Counted from the stretch's first letter, positions 11,826-24,216 are shown. The stretch is DNA of 64,000 bases from Eledone cirrhosa (GCA_964016885.1 OZ024747.1:63674001-63738000); one strand, 5' to 3'. Notes: generated from the letters alone by a model not told the origin. Program-made: numbers and translations.

Positions 11826-13019
11826 GTAAGATTATTTATATACTCACGCGATTAACTATATATTTACTTTAATTAATATACACATGTATGTGTGAGAGTG
11901 TACTTGTATCATCACCATCATCAGCACAAGGCAGGTTTACTATGGCTGGATGCAATTCCTATCAGCAACCAATTTCTGGGGTGGTCTTGCGGCAATTAGC
12001 TTGTCACCAGCATTAAGAAGGTTGCTTAGTCTGTGTCATTACTGAAGGGTCCCCCTATCCCTTTCTTTAGCAGGTTTTCTATGGCTGGAATGTGGAAGAG
12101 TGTAGGTGTTAAGATTTAGGAGAGGTAAGGGAGACTCTGGATAGAGTAGGTGTGAGGTGTACAGTGATGCTTAGAATAGCTGGAATTTAAATGTTAATAG
12201 CTTCAGTGATTATTCTCTTATGAAGATTTGTAAAAGAAGGAATTTTATCATCACAGTCATTTTTACACTTTTAAAAGGAAATGCATGAAAAATATACGTT
12301 TCTCTATGTGAAAATTAAGTGTGAGTTATGTGCCAAGCTAGCACCGTTGATACTTAAATAGATATCTATGCATAAGAAACTTTTTGTCACAACAAAGTAT
12401 GATTATGATAGAGATCACCAAGGAATTGCACCAACAATATTTATTCTTGTAGATTACAATCTAGCAATTTACACAGCATATGTCATTTATGGATACATAA
12501 GCTTTTTTGTGGTGTGTGTTAACCTAATAGAATTAACAGTGAAATCACCTTTAAATTATACTCTACCATATCTCACATTATATATTTTGCTACTTTATGA
12601 AGAATTTGCAGGATATAATAACCATCATTGATTTACATCCATTTTTTTCTACACTGAGATGGATCAGAAGATGCCAACCCTTACATCTTTCTAAATATGA
12701 GAACTGAAAATAACAATAGTACACATTCTACCAATATTCATCTGTCACCTTCTGGCCACTTTTATCCCCTCTATAGGGGTAATTTATCCAGTTTTCTAAG
12801 CTATTATTTATAGCAATTGACAGTGGTTACAGTTATTTTCTGCATTTGAGATTTCTACGTTTTCTAAGAATATTTATATAAAAGACCCATTTGGTCATAA
12901 ATGACCATGGGATTTGAACCTAGAGAGTTCTCCTCCAAGCACAAGTCTGGGCAAGTCTACCCAAGTATCAAGTACTCTGTTGAATAATGGTCTAACCTGT
13001 TTCTTACTGAATCCATCTT

Positions 13020-13079
<60 letters not shown>

Positions 13080-13082
<3 letters not shown>

Positions 13083-13377
13083 ATAATAATAAATTTGAAG
13101 ACTAAAATCCAAAGAGGGCTCGATAAGGATAAATATATATCAAATATATAAGAACCGTAGAGCAAATATTTATTAAAATAACAGATTAAAGTTTAAGCAA
13201 AGAATCGCTGCTTTCACCCTTAACGGGATCTTCTGAAACTAACAAAGTCAATCTGTGAACGCAGAAGTGAATATTTCAAAAAACATTGCAACCGGAGGAA
13301 GACAGGAAGACAATACTTTGGTTCGTAGAAACGTTCCCGGGCAAAGAACGGGAAAAAACGAATATAATACGTCATTA
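13080..13377 (-). mobile_element. TA-anchored repeat family C copy
   Basis: Nearly identical to 4003-4297 and flanked by (TA)n on both sides. Confidence 0.75.
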
Positions 13378-13380
13378 TTT

Positions 13381-13413
<33 letters not shown>

Positions 13414-14061
13414 GTGTGTGTATATATATATATATTTTTTTTTAGTATATGTTGGTTGTTTACCGACACCTCAGTTTGCAGATTGGAGCACTCGACGAAG
13501 TACGCAGGTTGGTTTGTTTACTCTGGAGTAATGTAAAATAATTTAGTCACACACAGACTTGATATATTATTTTTTAACACAGTGTTAGTATTTATATTAG
13601 ATATATCATTTCACAATGTTTCTCACATCCTAACTCTTATTTTAATTGGCTAATCTTCATTTATCATACAATTATAACTAAAGGCTAATTCTCTACTTTT
13701 GAAGCTATTATTTCATTAAGCCCACTATATTTTTCCCATTCTTCATCGTGTTTTTATATAATCTCCTTCATTGAATATTTGAATTAGATATCAAATTGCT
13801 TTAACTTCTAAATTACAAAGAGAAATGTTTTATAGAGGAATTAGTAGTTTCCAATATGCTCTTCATGTATTTGTTATAATTTCTATTATTGCATTATCCC
13901 TGTATAGTATATGGAGATTTCATAGCTTGCTAGATGATGCTTGTATCTAGTTTTATCTAGCTAATCTAATTACTGTTAGAAAGGCCTTCAGTAAAATCTA
14001 CGGTAGTGATATTGTAAAGACAAGGTGTGAGTAGCTTCCTTCTTTTCATTACCCCCCCCCC

Positions 14062-14125
<64 letters not shown>

Positions 14126-14129
<4 letters not shown>

Positions 14130-14408
14130 TCATCATCATTCATCATTTCATTTTACGTCCGCTTTTCCCTGCTTGCAAGGGTAGGACGGGAACTGATTCT
14201 GGCTTGATTTCTACAGCTGGATGCCCTTCCTAACACCAACCTCATTTACAGTGAGTGCTGGGTGCTTTTTTTTCCGTGGCACCTCCACGACCACTTTGCA
14301 GTGGAATGATAGGGACCCCAGTCCCTATCATCTCATTTCTACAGCTGAGTAAACTGGAGCAATGTGAAATAAAGTGTCTTGCTCAAGGAAACAACACATC
14401 ACCCGGTC
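14126..14408 (-). mobile_element. tRNA/RTE-tail SINE, head truncated
   Basis: Reverse complement of the 5088 family. Confidence 0.85.
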
Positions 14409-14422
14409 TATATATATATATA

Positions 14423-14773
14423 TGGAGGCACATGGCTTAGTGGCTAGAGCATTGACCTTGCAATCGAAAGATTGTGTGAGTTCAATTCTCAGACCGAGTA
14501 ATGTGTTGTTTCCTTGAGCAAGTCACTTTATTTCACATTGCTCCAGTTTACTCAGCTGTAGAAATGAGATGAGAGGGACTGGGGTCCATATCATTCCACT
14601 GCAAAGTGGTCGTGGAGAGGCCACGGCAAAAAAGCACCCACCACTCACTGTAAATGAGGTTGGTGTTAGGAAGGGCATCCAGCTATAGAAATCAAGCCAG
14701 AATCAGTTCCCGTCCCACCCTTGCAAGCAGGGAAAAAGCAGACGTAAAATGAAATGATGAATGATGATGATGA
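14423..14773 (+). mobile_element. tRNA/RTE-tail SINE, full length
   Basis: A and B boxes, CORE-like segment, RTE tail cccgtcccacccttgcaagcaggg and (ATG)n. Confidence 0.88.
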
Positions 14774-14792
14774 TATATATATATATATATAA

Positions 14793-15790
14793 TCATCATC
14801 ATCATCTTCATCATCATCATCGTTTAACGTCCATATTTCACGCTTGCATGGGTTTGGACGGGAGTTTTCCCACTTGAGGCAAGAGTGGTTGTCTTGCTCG
14901 CATAGGACTGTCTGGCGGGTTTTCTACGGCTGGATGCCCTTCCTAACACCAACCACATTTACAGTGTGGAACTGGGAGGTTTTTACCGTGTTACCTACAC
15001 GGCCACATTACAGCGTGGACTGTGTGTTTTTTTGTCGTGACACCTACACGACCTCATTTGTTTTGGGCTGGATGTTGTGACACCAACATAACTTTACATT
15101 GAAAGGGGTGGTGTGGATGGGGTGGGGGTAGTAGGATGGGGGTGTATTGTGTTAGAGGTGCCTACTGACTGTAGTAGGTTTCACTTTGTACTTAGGTAAG
15201 GCAGGTCTTCTCTATTACTGTGTAGTGCCAAAGCTCTCGGTCCAGTGACATTGTCTTGGAGAGGTGTAAGTGTGTGAGGTCGGAATTTATCAAGTCGTCC
15301 CAGGTTTTTCTGGGTCTGCCTACTCCGTGGCTACCGTCTATTTTTATTGCCCTGCACTTTTTTATACAGCTGTCGTCTTTCATTTGCATCACGTGACCAT
15401 ACCAACGTTGTCTTCTCTTGAGTAAACAACATCTGATCCCTCTTATTTCTAATTTCTCCCTTAGTTCGTTTATGCTTTGCCGTTCACATATATTACTATT
15501 ACACATCCAGCGGAGCATGCAAGCTTCGTTCCTCTCTAGTCTGCGTATATCCTCAGCACACAATGCCCAGGTCTCACTGCCATGTAACATTGCTGTTCGT
15601 ATGCAGGCATCATACAGCCTGCCTTTCATTTTTAGAGAGAACCCTTTAGCGGCCAATAGTGGTATAAGCTCTCTGAACTTTTTCCATCCCGTTCTGACTC
15701 TAGCTACTGTACTTTCAGAGCACCCTCCCCCACTGCTGATTTTATCACCCAGGTAACGGAAGCTGTCCACTATTTCTATAGAACCATCTG
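14793..15790 (-). mobile_element. 5'-truncated RTE LINE (ORF end 15192-15770 plus type A 3' UTR)
   Basis: 192-aa ORF FRYLG...AMLHGSETW...RWYGHV...GRPRKTW, ~400-bp 3' UTR and (ATG)n tail. Confidence 0.93.
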
Positions 15791-16037
15791 TGCAATATAT
15801 ATATATATTATATATCTAAATATATAATATATATATATATATATATATACATATATATATAATATATATATATAATATATATAATATATATATATATACA
15901 TATATAATATACTACCACCAAACTTAAGGATTTATACTGCCCCTTTCCATTCTTAACAATGGTCAATTTCAACCTGGTTATAAAATCTTACTTATTCATA
16001 TGTATGTTTTTTTTGTATTCTTCAATAAACAAAACTC

Positions 16038-16173
16038 ATTATCTCTGAAGACGGCGGGTAGTGAAGACGTGTGTATTTTTTTCTCGCTATGATATTTTGT
16101 AATATGTTTTACATAGACCAATAATTGAATGAACATACAGGGAACTACCCCCCAGAAACGATCGTAAAATAAT
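16038..16173 (+). ncRNA. Type I hammerhead ribozyme motif with a long stem II loop
   Basis: attatct-CTGAAGA-cggcgggtagt...actacccccca-GAAAC-gatc-GTA-aaataat. Stem III is palindromic (acgatcgt). The host element is flanked by (TA)n. Confidence 0.7.
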
Positions 16174-16239
16174 CTGTTTTACTATGAATTAACAGTTTTG
16201 TGTTTAATTTCATTGTTTTAATATTTCTATATATATAAT

Positions 16240-17101
16240 ATATATTAGAAAGATCGAGTATCGAAAAATCGGCGCACGAGTTAACGAAAAACGAAATCCG
16301 ATATGAGCGGCAGAGGGCTCAATAATTCAGATGAATCAGAGCTATAACTATCGTTAAAATACCGTCACATATAGAACAAGTCTACAATCAACCATACGAT
16401 TTAAAATCGATAAAGGAAGATTCGGGCCAAACAGATAAAAAATATCAATAAAACAATACGTCAATAATTTAAATGAATGTAAAATCATACCCGGACCCAC
16501 TAGAAAGGTGTTAAATCTAGCTTCATGGGTTTCTGTAAATCCTTAGACAGTACTCTATCAGCTCACATATAAATATAAAAGCCTACTAGAATAAGTGGAA
16601 TGGAGTTTACGTTGTCAACGAGTTTTATCCTGGCGGCAAAGGAGTCAACTAGCGGTGAAAAACGCACATGGCATTAGACAAGGGAGATGACCCCTATATC
16701 CGCGAAAATAATTCGAGTGAATGTGGAAATACACATATCGAATTAGAGTGCTCAATAGACATGTTAAAATAAAACAAAAGCTATTCATCACTCAATAGAA
16801 TCGACAAAATATGAGCAATAAAATTAACTGGTGGATAGCTATGTCCAGAGCTAAATATATTAGAAAGATCGAGTATCGAAAAATCGGCGCACGAGTTAAC
16901 GAAAAACGAAATCCGATATGAGCGGCAGAGGGCTCAATAATTCAGATGAATCAGAGCTATAACTATCGTTAAAATACCGTCACATATAGAACAAGTCTAC
17001 AATCAACCATACGATTTAAAATCGATAAAGGAAGATTCGGGCCAAACAGATAAAAAATATCAATAAAACAATACGTCAATAATTTAAATGAATGTAAAAT
17101 C
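16240..17101. mobile_element. Direct-repeat element with 247-bp apparently identical terminal repeats (615-bp period) inside (TA)n
   Basis: 16240-16486 matches 16855-17101. Confidence 0.85.
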
Positions 17102-17133
17102 TAATATATATATATATATAATATATATATATA

Positions 17134-17165
<32 letters not shown>

Positions 17166-17217
17166 ACATATATATATAATATATATATATATTATTAATA
17201 TATATATATAATATATA

Positions 17218-17612
17218 TCATCATCATCATCATCATCATCACCGTTTTACGTCCGTTCTTCCACGCTAGCATGGGTTAGACGGGTTGTCCTGTTGTGGGC
17301 AGTGTCTGGTCGGCTGACCATGCCTTGCTCATACAGGAACTGATCTGGCTTGATTTCTACAGCTGGATGCCCTTCCTAACACCAACCTCATTTACAGTGA
17401 GTGCTGGGTGCTTTTTCGTGGCGCCTACACGTCCACTTTACAGTGTGGGCTGGGTGCTTTTTTACCGTGGCACCTCCACGACCACCTTGCGGTGGGAGGA
17501 GTGGTGGCATATTGTTTATATGCTTCAGCATGTACCCATGGGAGGTCGGGTACCCTGTATTATTGCGTGACGCCAGAAGTCACGGTCGTGTGTCATTGTC
17601 TTTGAGAGGTGT
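17218..17612 (-). mobile_element. RTE 3' UTR fragment (type B)
   Basis: Same family as 10605 and 53435. Confidence 0.8.
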
Positions 17613-17638
17613 ATTATTAATATATATATATATTATTA

Positions 17639-17672
<34 letters not shown>

Positions 17673-17756
17673 TATCATATATATATATCATAGTGGTAGA
17701 ACACTGGAAGGTAATATCCGTAGTGGTAGAGCACTCAGTCCATGGGACGAGTTAGG

Positions 17757-17918
17757 TAGAAGTGGTTATACAACAGTTAGTTCACCATACCGAGAACAAT
17801 TGTTTCACCTTAGCGGATCCTCAGCTCGTAATCCGAGCTCGCATTACGAGCTGAGGATCCGCTAAGGTGAAACAATTGTTCTCGGTATGGTGAACTAACT
17901 GTTGTGTAACCACTTCTA
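17757..17918. repeat. 162-bp palindrome centred on GAGCTC carrying a hammerhead motif on each strand
   Basis: Arms pair almost perfectly. Mirrored ORFs YTTVSSPYREQLFHLSGSSARN occur on both strands. Confidence 0.92.
17847..17884 (+). ncRNA. Minimal type I hammerhead ribozyme motif (mirror copy on the - strand at ~17791-17828)
   Basis: cgag-CTGAGGA-tccgctaaggt-GAAAC-aatt-GTT-ctcg: stem I cgag/ctcg, short stem II, palindromic stem III. Confidence 0.72.
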
Positions 17919-17933
17919 TATATCATATATATA

Positions 17934-18115
17934 TGAAAAAGTATGACCCTGACGGCAGAGCTCAAGCCGTTTCGATGGCTATTTCTCTGGAGAAATAGCC
18001 GTCGAAACGGCTTGAGCTCTGCTGTCGGGGTCATCATTTTTCCTATTTCCCACTCTACTACCCTAAGTATTGAGTACTCTGGGGCGTTATGGTCCATCTT
18101 ACCACAATTCCTTTG

Positions 18116-18118
<3 letters not shown>
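17934..18118. mobile_element. Hairpin element family A
   Basis: ~110-bp hairpin (gacggcagagctcaagccgtttcg...cgaaacggcttgagctctgctgtc) plus a conserved tail, with (TA)n on both sides. Confidence 0.8.
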
Positions 18119-18158
<40 letters not shown>

Positions 18159-18249
18159 TATATAGTTTAATAAATCAACAGAGAACAAAAAACAGAGAGG
18201 CAGTACAAATGATATTAGTATTAGTTTCACGCTTGAGAGTGGGGGTGGG

Positions 18250-18321
<72 letters not shown>

Positions 18322-18390
18322 TATAATATATATAATAAATATATATATATATATATATATAATATATATATAAATATATATATATATATA

Positions 18391-18437
<47 letters not shown>

Positions 18438-18642
18438 TATAATATATATAATAAATATATATATATATAGAGAGAGAGAGGATAACAAAATATCGTTATA
18501 GGTAATCCAGTTAGAGGTTGTGAATACTTCTTATTATGGATAGTTTTAGCGTACGTCATTGCTTGACTCAACAAGAGGTTTACGTAGATGGCGAGTTTAT
18601 GGTTTAACTTGTATTCCTATGTAAGTTTATCTTGGAGTAATA

Positions 18643-18799
18643 AAATTGAAAAAGTGGAGAATAACATGGTCAACAGTACAAAATAGGAGGTTTATTTACA
18701 GTCTAATTTTTAGACAACTTTATCAGTGAAACAATTGTTAGACTGTAAATAAATCTCCTTTTTTGTACTGTTAACCATGTTATTCTCCACTTTTTCAAT
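18643..18799. repeat. Inverted repeat, ~60-bp arms, containing a hammerhead 3' half (GAAACAATTGTT)
   Basis: attgaaaaagtggagaataacatgg...acagtctaa pairs with ttagactgt...ccatgttattctccactttttcaat. Confidence 0.8.
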
Positions 18800-19019
18800 A
18801 TTATATATATATATATATATAATTATTTAATGTATAATAAACAATACAGTATAATTACCTCATTACCAGAGGTATCCCGAATAACACGAATACAAGAAAC
18901 GTCTATATATATATATATTTATATATATTAATTCAAAATATTAATATCAAAGATATAGAGTCCTTGCGAGGTCTGCCGACTTATCAAGAGGATACCTCAT
19001 TTTACTAGTCTCAAGAACA

Positions 19020-19121
19020 CCTTAACTCACAGTTGGGTGCGGATGCATTCATGTATATATGTGTGTGTCCGCGTGTATCTGTGTGTTTCTAAATGTATAT
19101 ATATATATATATATATATATA

Positions 19122-19186
<65 letters not shown>

Positions 19187-19191
19187 GTATA

Positions 19192-19278
<87 letters not shown>

Positions 19279-19414
19279 GTATATATCTATATTAGGCATC
19301 TCTATTCAAAGATTGCTCGACCAGAGGGAGTTATTAATACATTTAGAAACACACAGATACACGCGGACACACACATATATACATGAATGCATCCGAACCC
19401 AACTGTGAGTTAAG
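19020..19414. repeat. Inverted repeat, ~78-bp arms around (TA)n
   Basis: ccttaactcacagttggg...ttctaaatgtat pairs with atacatttagaa...cccaactgtgagttaagg. Mirrored ORF ends [22 protein letters not shown]. Confidence 0.88.
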
Positions 19415-19544
19415 GGTGCCAACTTCACCGATGTTGCTCAATGAATGACTGGGACAGACCAATTCAGTTTGAACCAGACTGAACCAGTATCAGAGTTAAA
19501 AATACATTATGAAGAGAGAAGAAACATTTAGATATAATTAGTAA

Positions 19545-19885
19545 TAAAACACACAGTCCACGCTGTAAATGTGGCCGTGTAGGCAACACGGTAAAAACCT
19601 CCCAGCCCCACACTGTAAATGTGGTTGGTGTTAGGAAGGGCATCCAGCTCTAGAAAACCCGCCAGACAGTCCACGCTGTAATGTGGCCGTGTAGGCAACA
19701 CGGTAAAAACCTCCCAGCCCCACACTGTAAATGTGGTTGGTGTTAGGAAGGGCATCCAACTGTAGAAAACCCGCCAGACAGTCCTATGCGAGCAAGACAA
19801 CCACTCTTGCCTCAAGTGGGAAAACCCCCGTCCAAACCCATGCAAGCGTGGAACACGGACGCTAAACCTGATGATGATGATGATG
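19545..19885 (+). mobile_element. RTE 3' UTR fragment (type A) with an internal 113-bp tandem duplication
   Basis: Unit starting acagtccacgctgtaa occurs at 19553 and 19666. Confidence 0.82.
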
Positions 19886-19912
19886 AATCATCGTAATCAA
19901 CATATATTTAAT

Positions 19913-19966
19913 TATATATATTTTGGAGGTACTGTGGTGTTTTTTCAGTACGTCCTCATCAGATAT
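19913..19966 (-). ncRNA. Decayed hammerhead motif
   Basis: Minus strand: CTGATGA-ggacgtactg...cagtacctcc-aAAA-tata, with GAAA changed to AAAA. Confidence 0.45.
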
Positions 19967-20302
19967 CATCATCATCATTTTACGTCCGCCTTTCCCTGCT
20001 TGCAAGGGTGGGACGGGAACTGATTCTGGCTTGATTTCTACAGCTGGATGCCCTTCCTAACACCAACCTCATTTACAGTGAGTGCTGGGTGCTTTTTTTG
20101 CCGTGGCACCTCCACGACCACTTTGCAGTGGAATGATAGGGACCCCAGTCCCTATCATCTCATTTCTACAGCTGAGTAAACTGGAGCAATGTGAAATAAA
20201 GTGTCTTGCTCGAGGAAACAACACATCACCCGGTCTGAGAATTGAACTCACAACCTTTCAATTGCAAGGCCAATGCTCTAACCACTAAGCCATGTGCTTC
20301 CA
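19966..20302 (-). mobile_element. tRNA/RTE-tail SINE, full length
   Basis: Reverse complement of the 14423 copy. Confidence 0.88.
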
Positions 20303-20617
20303 TAAATAAATATAAAATATATAAATTGATGTATGACATACCTCAACTATGCTGATGGTTCAATTCCAGTCTTTGATTACGTTGATTGCCTATATTTATT
20401 AATATTTTGAATTAATATTAATAACTCCAGAAAACTTTTACTGTTGAGTGCTTCTAATCTATTGTAAAACTATATTCATTGATTAATCAATGAACCTTGT
20501 TTAACTTTTGGTTATATTTATATATATATATTTATATATATATAATATATATATACTTATATATATATATAATATATATAATATATATAATATATATAAT
20601 ATACAATATATACAATA

Positions 20618-20657
<40 letters not shown>

Positions 20658-21636
20658 AAAGAGACAACAAGCAGGAAAAAAGTGGTCTATATTTCAAAAC
20701 ATATGTAATTTATTATAATTCTACCATAGTTTTCATGGCTAGGCTTACATTGCATAACCACAATCTGTAACAAATTTGCTTTTCATCAGGCATTAACTTT
20801 AAAAATGTCTGAACAAGATATCAAGATCAGATGCTGTGGGAAGAGAAGACGTAAACAGACAATTTTGTTTCTTTAAAACATCAAAGGAGGTATCTCTCAA
20901 AGAATTACAAAATTGTCTAGTATATATAACAGTGTAATTTCTAACACACTTTTCTCCAACAAATTCCTGATTCACAATGACACATTGCCTTGTAATGCAG
21001 AACACTTCACATCCCTGATCCTCATTATGCAAGGCACTGGCAAACGTTCTTTTTCTAGCCTCTCTTCATGAGAGACTATACCTGTCATCTAATTTTTCAC
21101 TTAGCTACCTGGTATCGGTCACTTCTATGACCATTTTTCCAGTTTTTCCATGCCTGTCTCTTGGCTTTAGCAGTTCTATCCACTGTGCTGTTCCATTATC
21201 AGGTCACCCTTTGTGTGGCTGGCACTTTGCTCTAGCCACAAGTCTCATCAGTAATTTGCAAAAAGTTTGTGATAAACAAATTTTCAATTGTTCTCTTTGT
21301 TATATATATCTAACTCATCACCTTTCTCATCAAATGCATCCCACAGGGCCTTTCTAAACATATATTTAACAGAGAGGTCCTTTATCTTCTAAACCTACCA
21401 TCTCTATATTTTCCTGCATATCTTGTTCTGTCTGATGTTTAGTCTGATGTCACTAATAACTAACTTTTGTTGGGCAGTACACTCTACCCCGGGGAAGGCC
21501 TTAGTACTTATTGCAGTCTGTAGAAACTAAAAAATGGTGATGATGTTGATGATTATGATAATGCTGATGATGTTATTGATAATAATGATAATGATGATAA
21601 TGATGACTTTATCTAATGACTATTTCTTACTTGCAG

Positions 21637-21722
21637 GTCTCGTACATGTGGGAGATGAAATCTGTGAGATAAATGGGACCAATGTACAGGGCCGTGACCC
21701 TAAGGATGTTGTCCAGTTACTG
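21637..21722 (+). CDS. MPP7: MPP7-like exon, PDZ domain
   Basis: ttgcag acceptor and ctg|gtatgt donor. Encodes (G)LVHVGDEICEINGTNVQGRDPKDVVQLL. Phase 1 start completes the Gly codon of the previous exon. Confidence 0.93.
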
Positions 21723-22239
21723 GTATGTATACTTTCTTTCTTAATTTAACATAGGCATCAATGTGACACAAAATATATAAATACACATTATTTATTCATA
21801 GGTCTTGTGCACATATTATCAAAGTAACAGTTGTTGCCAAATATATGATGCAAAACATACACACACACACACATACATATACACATGGAAACATATGCAC
21901 TCATATACACACTGACACATACACACACATATGTAGTATATAAAAATAGCTAAATGGAGGGAAGAATGGAAGATCATCATTAGTTTTAGACCCATCTTCT
22001 CATGCTGGCATGCATTGGATGTGATTTATAAGAGAGAATTATTGGAGCTGGATTCTTGATGCCAACTGTCACTTGTATTTAACACTTTTGGTACCAAACT
22101 ACCTAAAACAGCCCCTGATTTTATATTTGTTTTAAAGTATTTATATTTATCTTAAAAACTTCCATCATAATTAGAATTTGTTGTTTTGTTCTAACATAGT
22201 GGATACGTAAATATATTCATGAGTTATTTTATGGAATAA

Positions 22240-22670
22240 TTGCTTTCACTTTTGGCACAAGGCCATCAAATTACCCAGTACATTACTGGTACTTTATTTT
22301 ATCGACCCCGTAAGGATGAAAGGCAAAGTTTACCTCGGCGGGATTTGAACTCAGACCGCAAAGGGATGTAACTATGCTGGAAAGGATGGCGTCCGACCCT
22401 CTACCGATACTGCCAATCCCCCGCCCTATTTTATGGAATAATAATGGTTTCTTATATAGGTACAAGGCCAGCAATTTTGGGGTGGGGAGAAGTCGATTAA
22501 ATCGACCCCAGAGCGTGAGTGCTACTTTATTTTATCAATCCCATAAGGATGAAAGGCAAAGTTAACCTCGGAGGGATTTGAACTCAAATCATAAAGGGCC
22601 ATAATTCTATGCTGCAAAGCATGGTGTCCAACCCTCTACCAATTCTGCCAATCCACTGCTCTCATTTTAT
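22240..22670 (-). mobile_element. Two tandem SINE family 2 copies
   Basis: Two occurrences of taaggatgaaaggcaaagtt..ggatttgaactc..ctgccaatcc. Confidence 0.85.
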
Positions 22671-23854
22671 CGAATAATAATAATAATTGATTTGTGTCGC
22701 CACTAGAACAAAAGGATGATGAGAGTTATCTAAAAAACATAACATAATGAGGCTGTTTGCTTGCAAACGAATCAAATATTATTATTTGATATAGAACTCA
22801 TGAATACATTCCATCATAATTTTATGTCAGTACCTTTCTTAACTTATGTTCCAAAACCAACTTAATAATTAGAAAATTAGTTATATTATTAAATCCCTCC
22901 ATATTCTAGATTATTTTCCAAATTCTTTGAAAATTCTAGACAGTGAATTTCATTAGAAATATGGCAATGATAATGTTAATTAAGCTACAGATTTTTACAA
23001 GTTGTATCCATGCTCTTGTGAAGCCAACACTCTTATCACAAAGCTACAAATCTTTGCTGAAACTATATGGTACATGGTACATTGTAAATGTTGCGGTGTT
23101 ATTTATATAGCAGTGTGACTTAAACACAGATATATAGTGTATATTTCATATATATCTCATTAGTAAAGATTTGTCTATAAAATACTTGAAACTTTTGAGT
23201 TATTTTTTAATTCAAACACAATTTAATGATTGACACAATGGCTTTTTTAAAATTATGATTTAAAGTAATACGGCATTCTGTTATATTAATTTCATTATTG
23301 TCATTGTCTACATAGAATTCAATGAATTTGTTTATTTATATGTAAATCATGAAAAAAACTTACATAAAATAAAATATATATTGTATTTTCTCAAAAAAAT
23401 CTGTTTTAATATAGTTCAAAACAAAGAACAGAAATAATTTAATTCTTAATTTCATTTAGAATTTGTGATATAGACAGTCGATATACATTATAGAAAAAGA
23501 AACAATGAAACATTAAGTCTTTTGATATATAACCATTTGAAATCACCTCTGATTCTATCATACAAAACTTTGCTTTAAAGTGTTTTATATTTAGCTAAAA
23601 TATTTCCTATCAAAATTTTATGCAGGAATTTTTATAACTCATGTTCTACAGTACATTCTTCCACGGGAAAGGCCTTTATGTTTATTACAGTCCGTAAAAA
23701 TAAAAAAAATGGATTTGAGTTGTTAAATTTGGTTTTTCTTCATTTTAAATATATATATATTGCCAAACAAATGGGTCGGGAGGACCCTTAGTTGTGTCAA
23801 AGACATGGAGTCTCGACTGTACATAAAGTAAGACACTGATCCATGGCCTGCCAG

Positions 23855-24050
23855 GGAGATCAGTGACTCTGCTTCAGTACTGATTTGGGCTATGTAGACC
23901 CATCCAACCCTTGCTCACAAGGAATGTGAACATTAAAACAACAAGGAGATCAGTGGCTCTGCTTCAGTACTGATTTGGGCTATGTAGACCCATCCAACCC
24001 TTGCTCACAAGGAATGTGAACATTAAAACAACAACGATGATGATGATGAT
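23855..24050 (+). repeat. 90-bp tandem duplication in an old RTE/SINE tail
   Basis: Unit ggagatcagtg...aaaacaacaa at 23855 and 23945, followed by (GAT)n. Confidence 0.88.
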
Positions 24051-24172
24051 GGTCACTATCCAACTCATTGTGTGTGCTCCAATATATAGACTTGTATTTC
24101 ATAAATACAGGTTCTGTAAAATCAGTGGAAATTCGGCAAGTTAAGACAAATTCCATTTGTCTGGTTTGATAA

Positions 24173-24216
<44 letters not shown>

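Noticed and set aside
14255-14440. Recurrent ORFs such as MLGAFF..., WMPFLTPT... and LEQCEIKCLAQG...
   Set aside because: They recur because they lie in SINE or RTE UTR copies. Frames are not conserved between copies.
21534-21636. Met/Ile-rich N-terminus of ORF 21534-21749
   Set aside because: Intronic (ATG/ATA)n repeat read-through upstream of the true acceptor at 21636.
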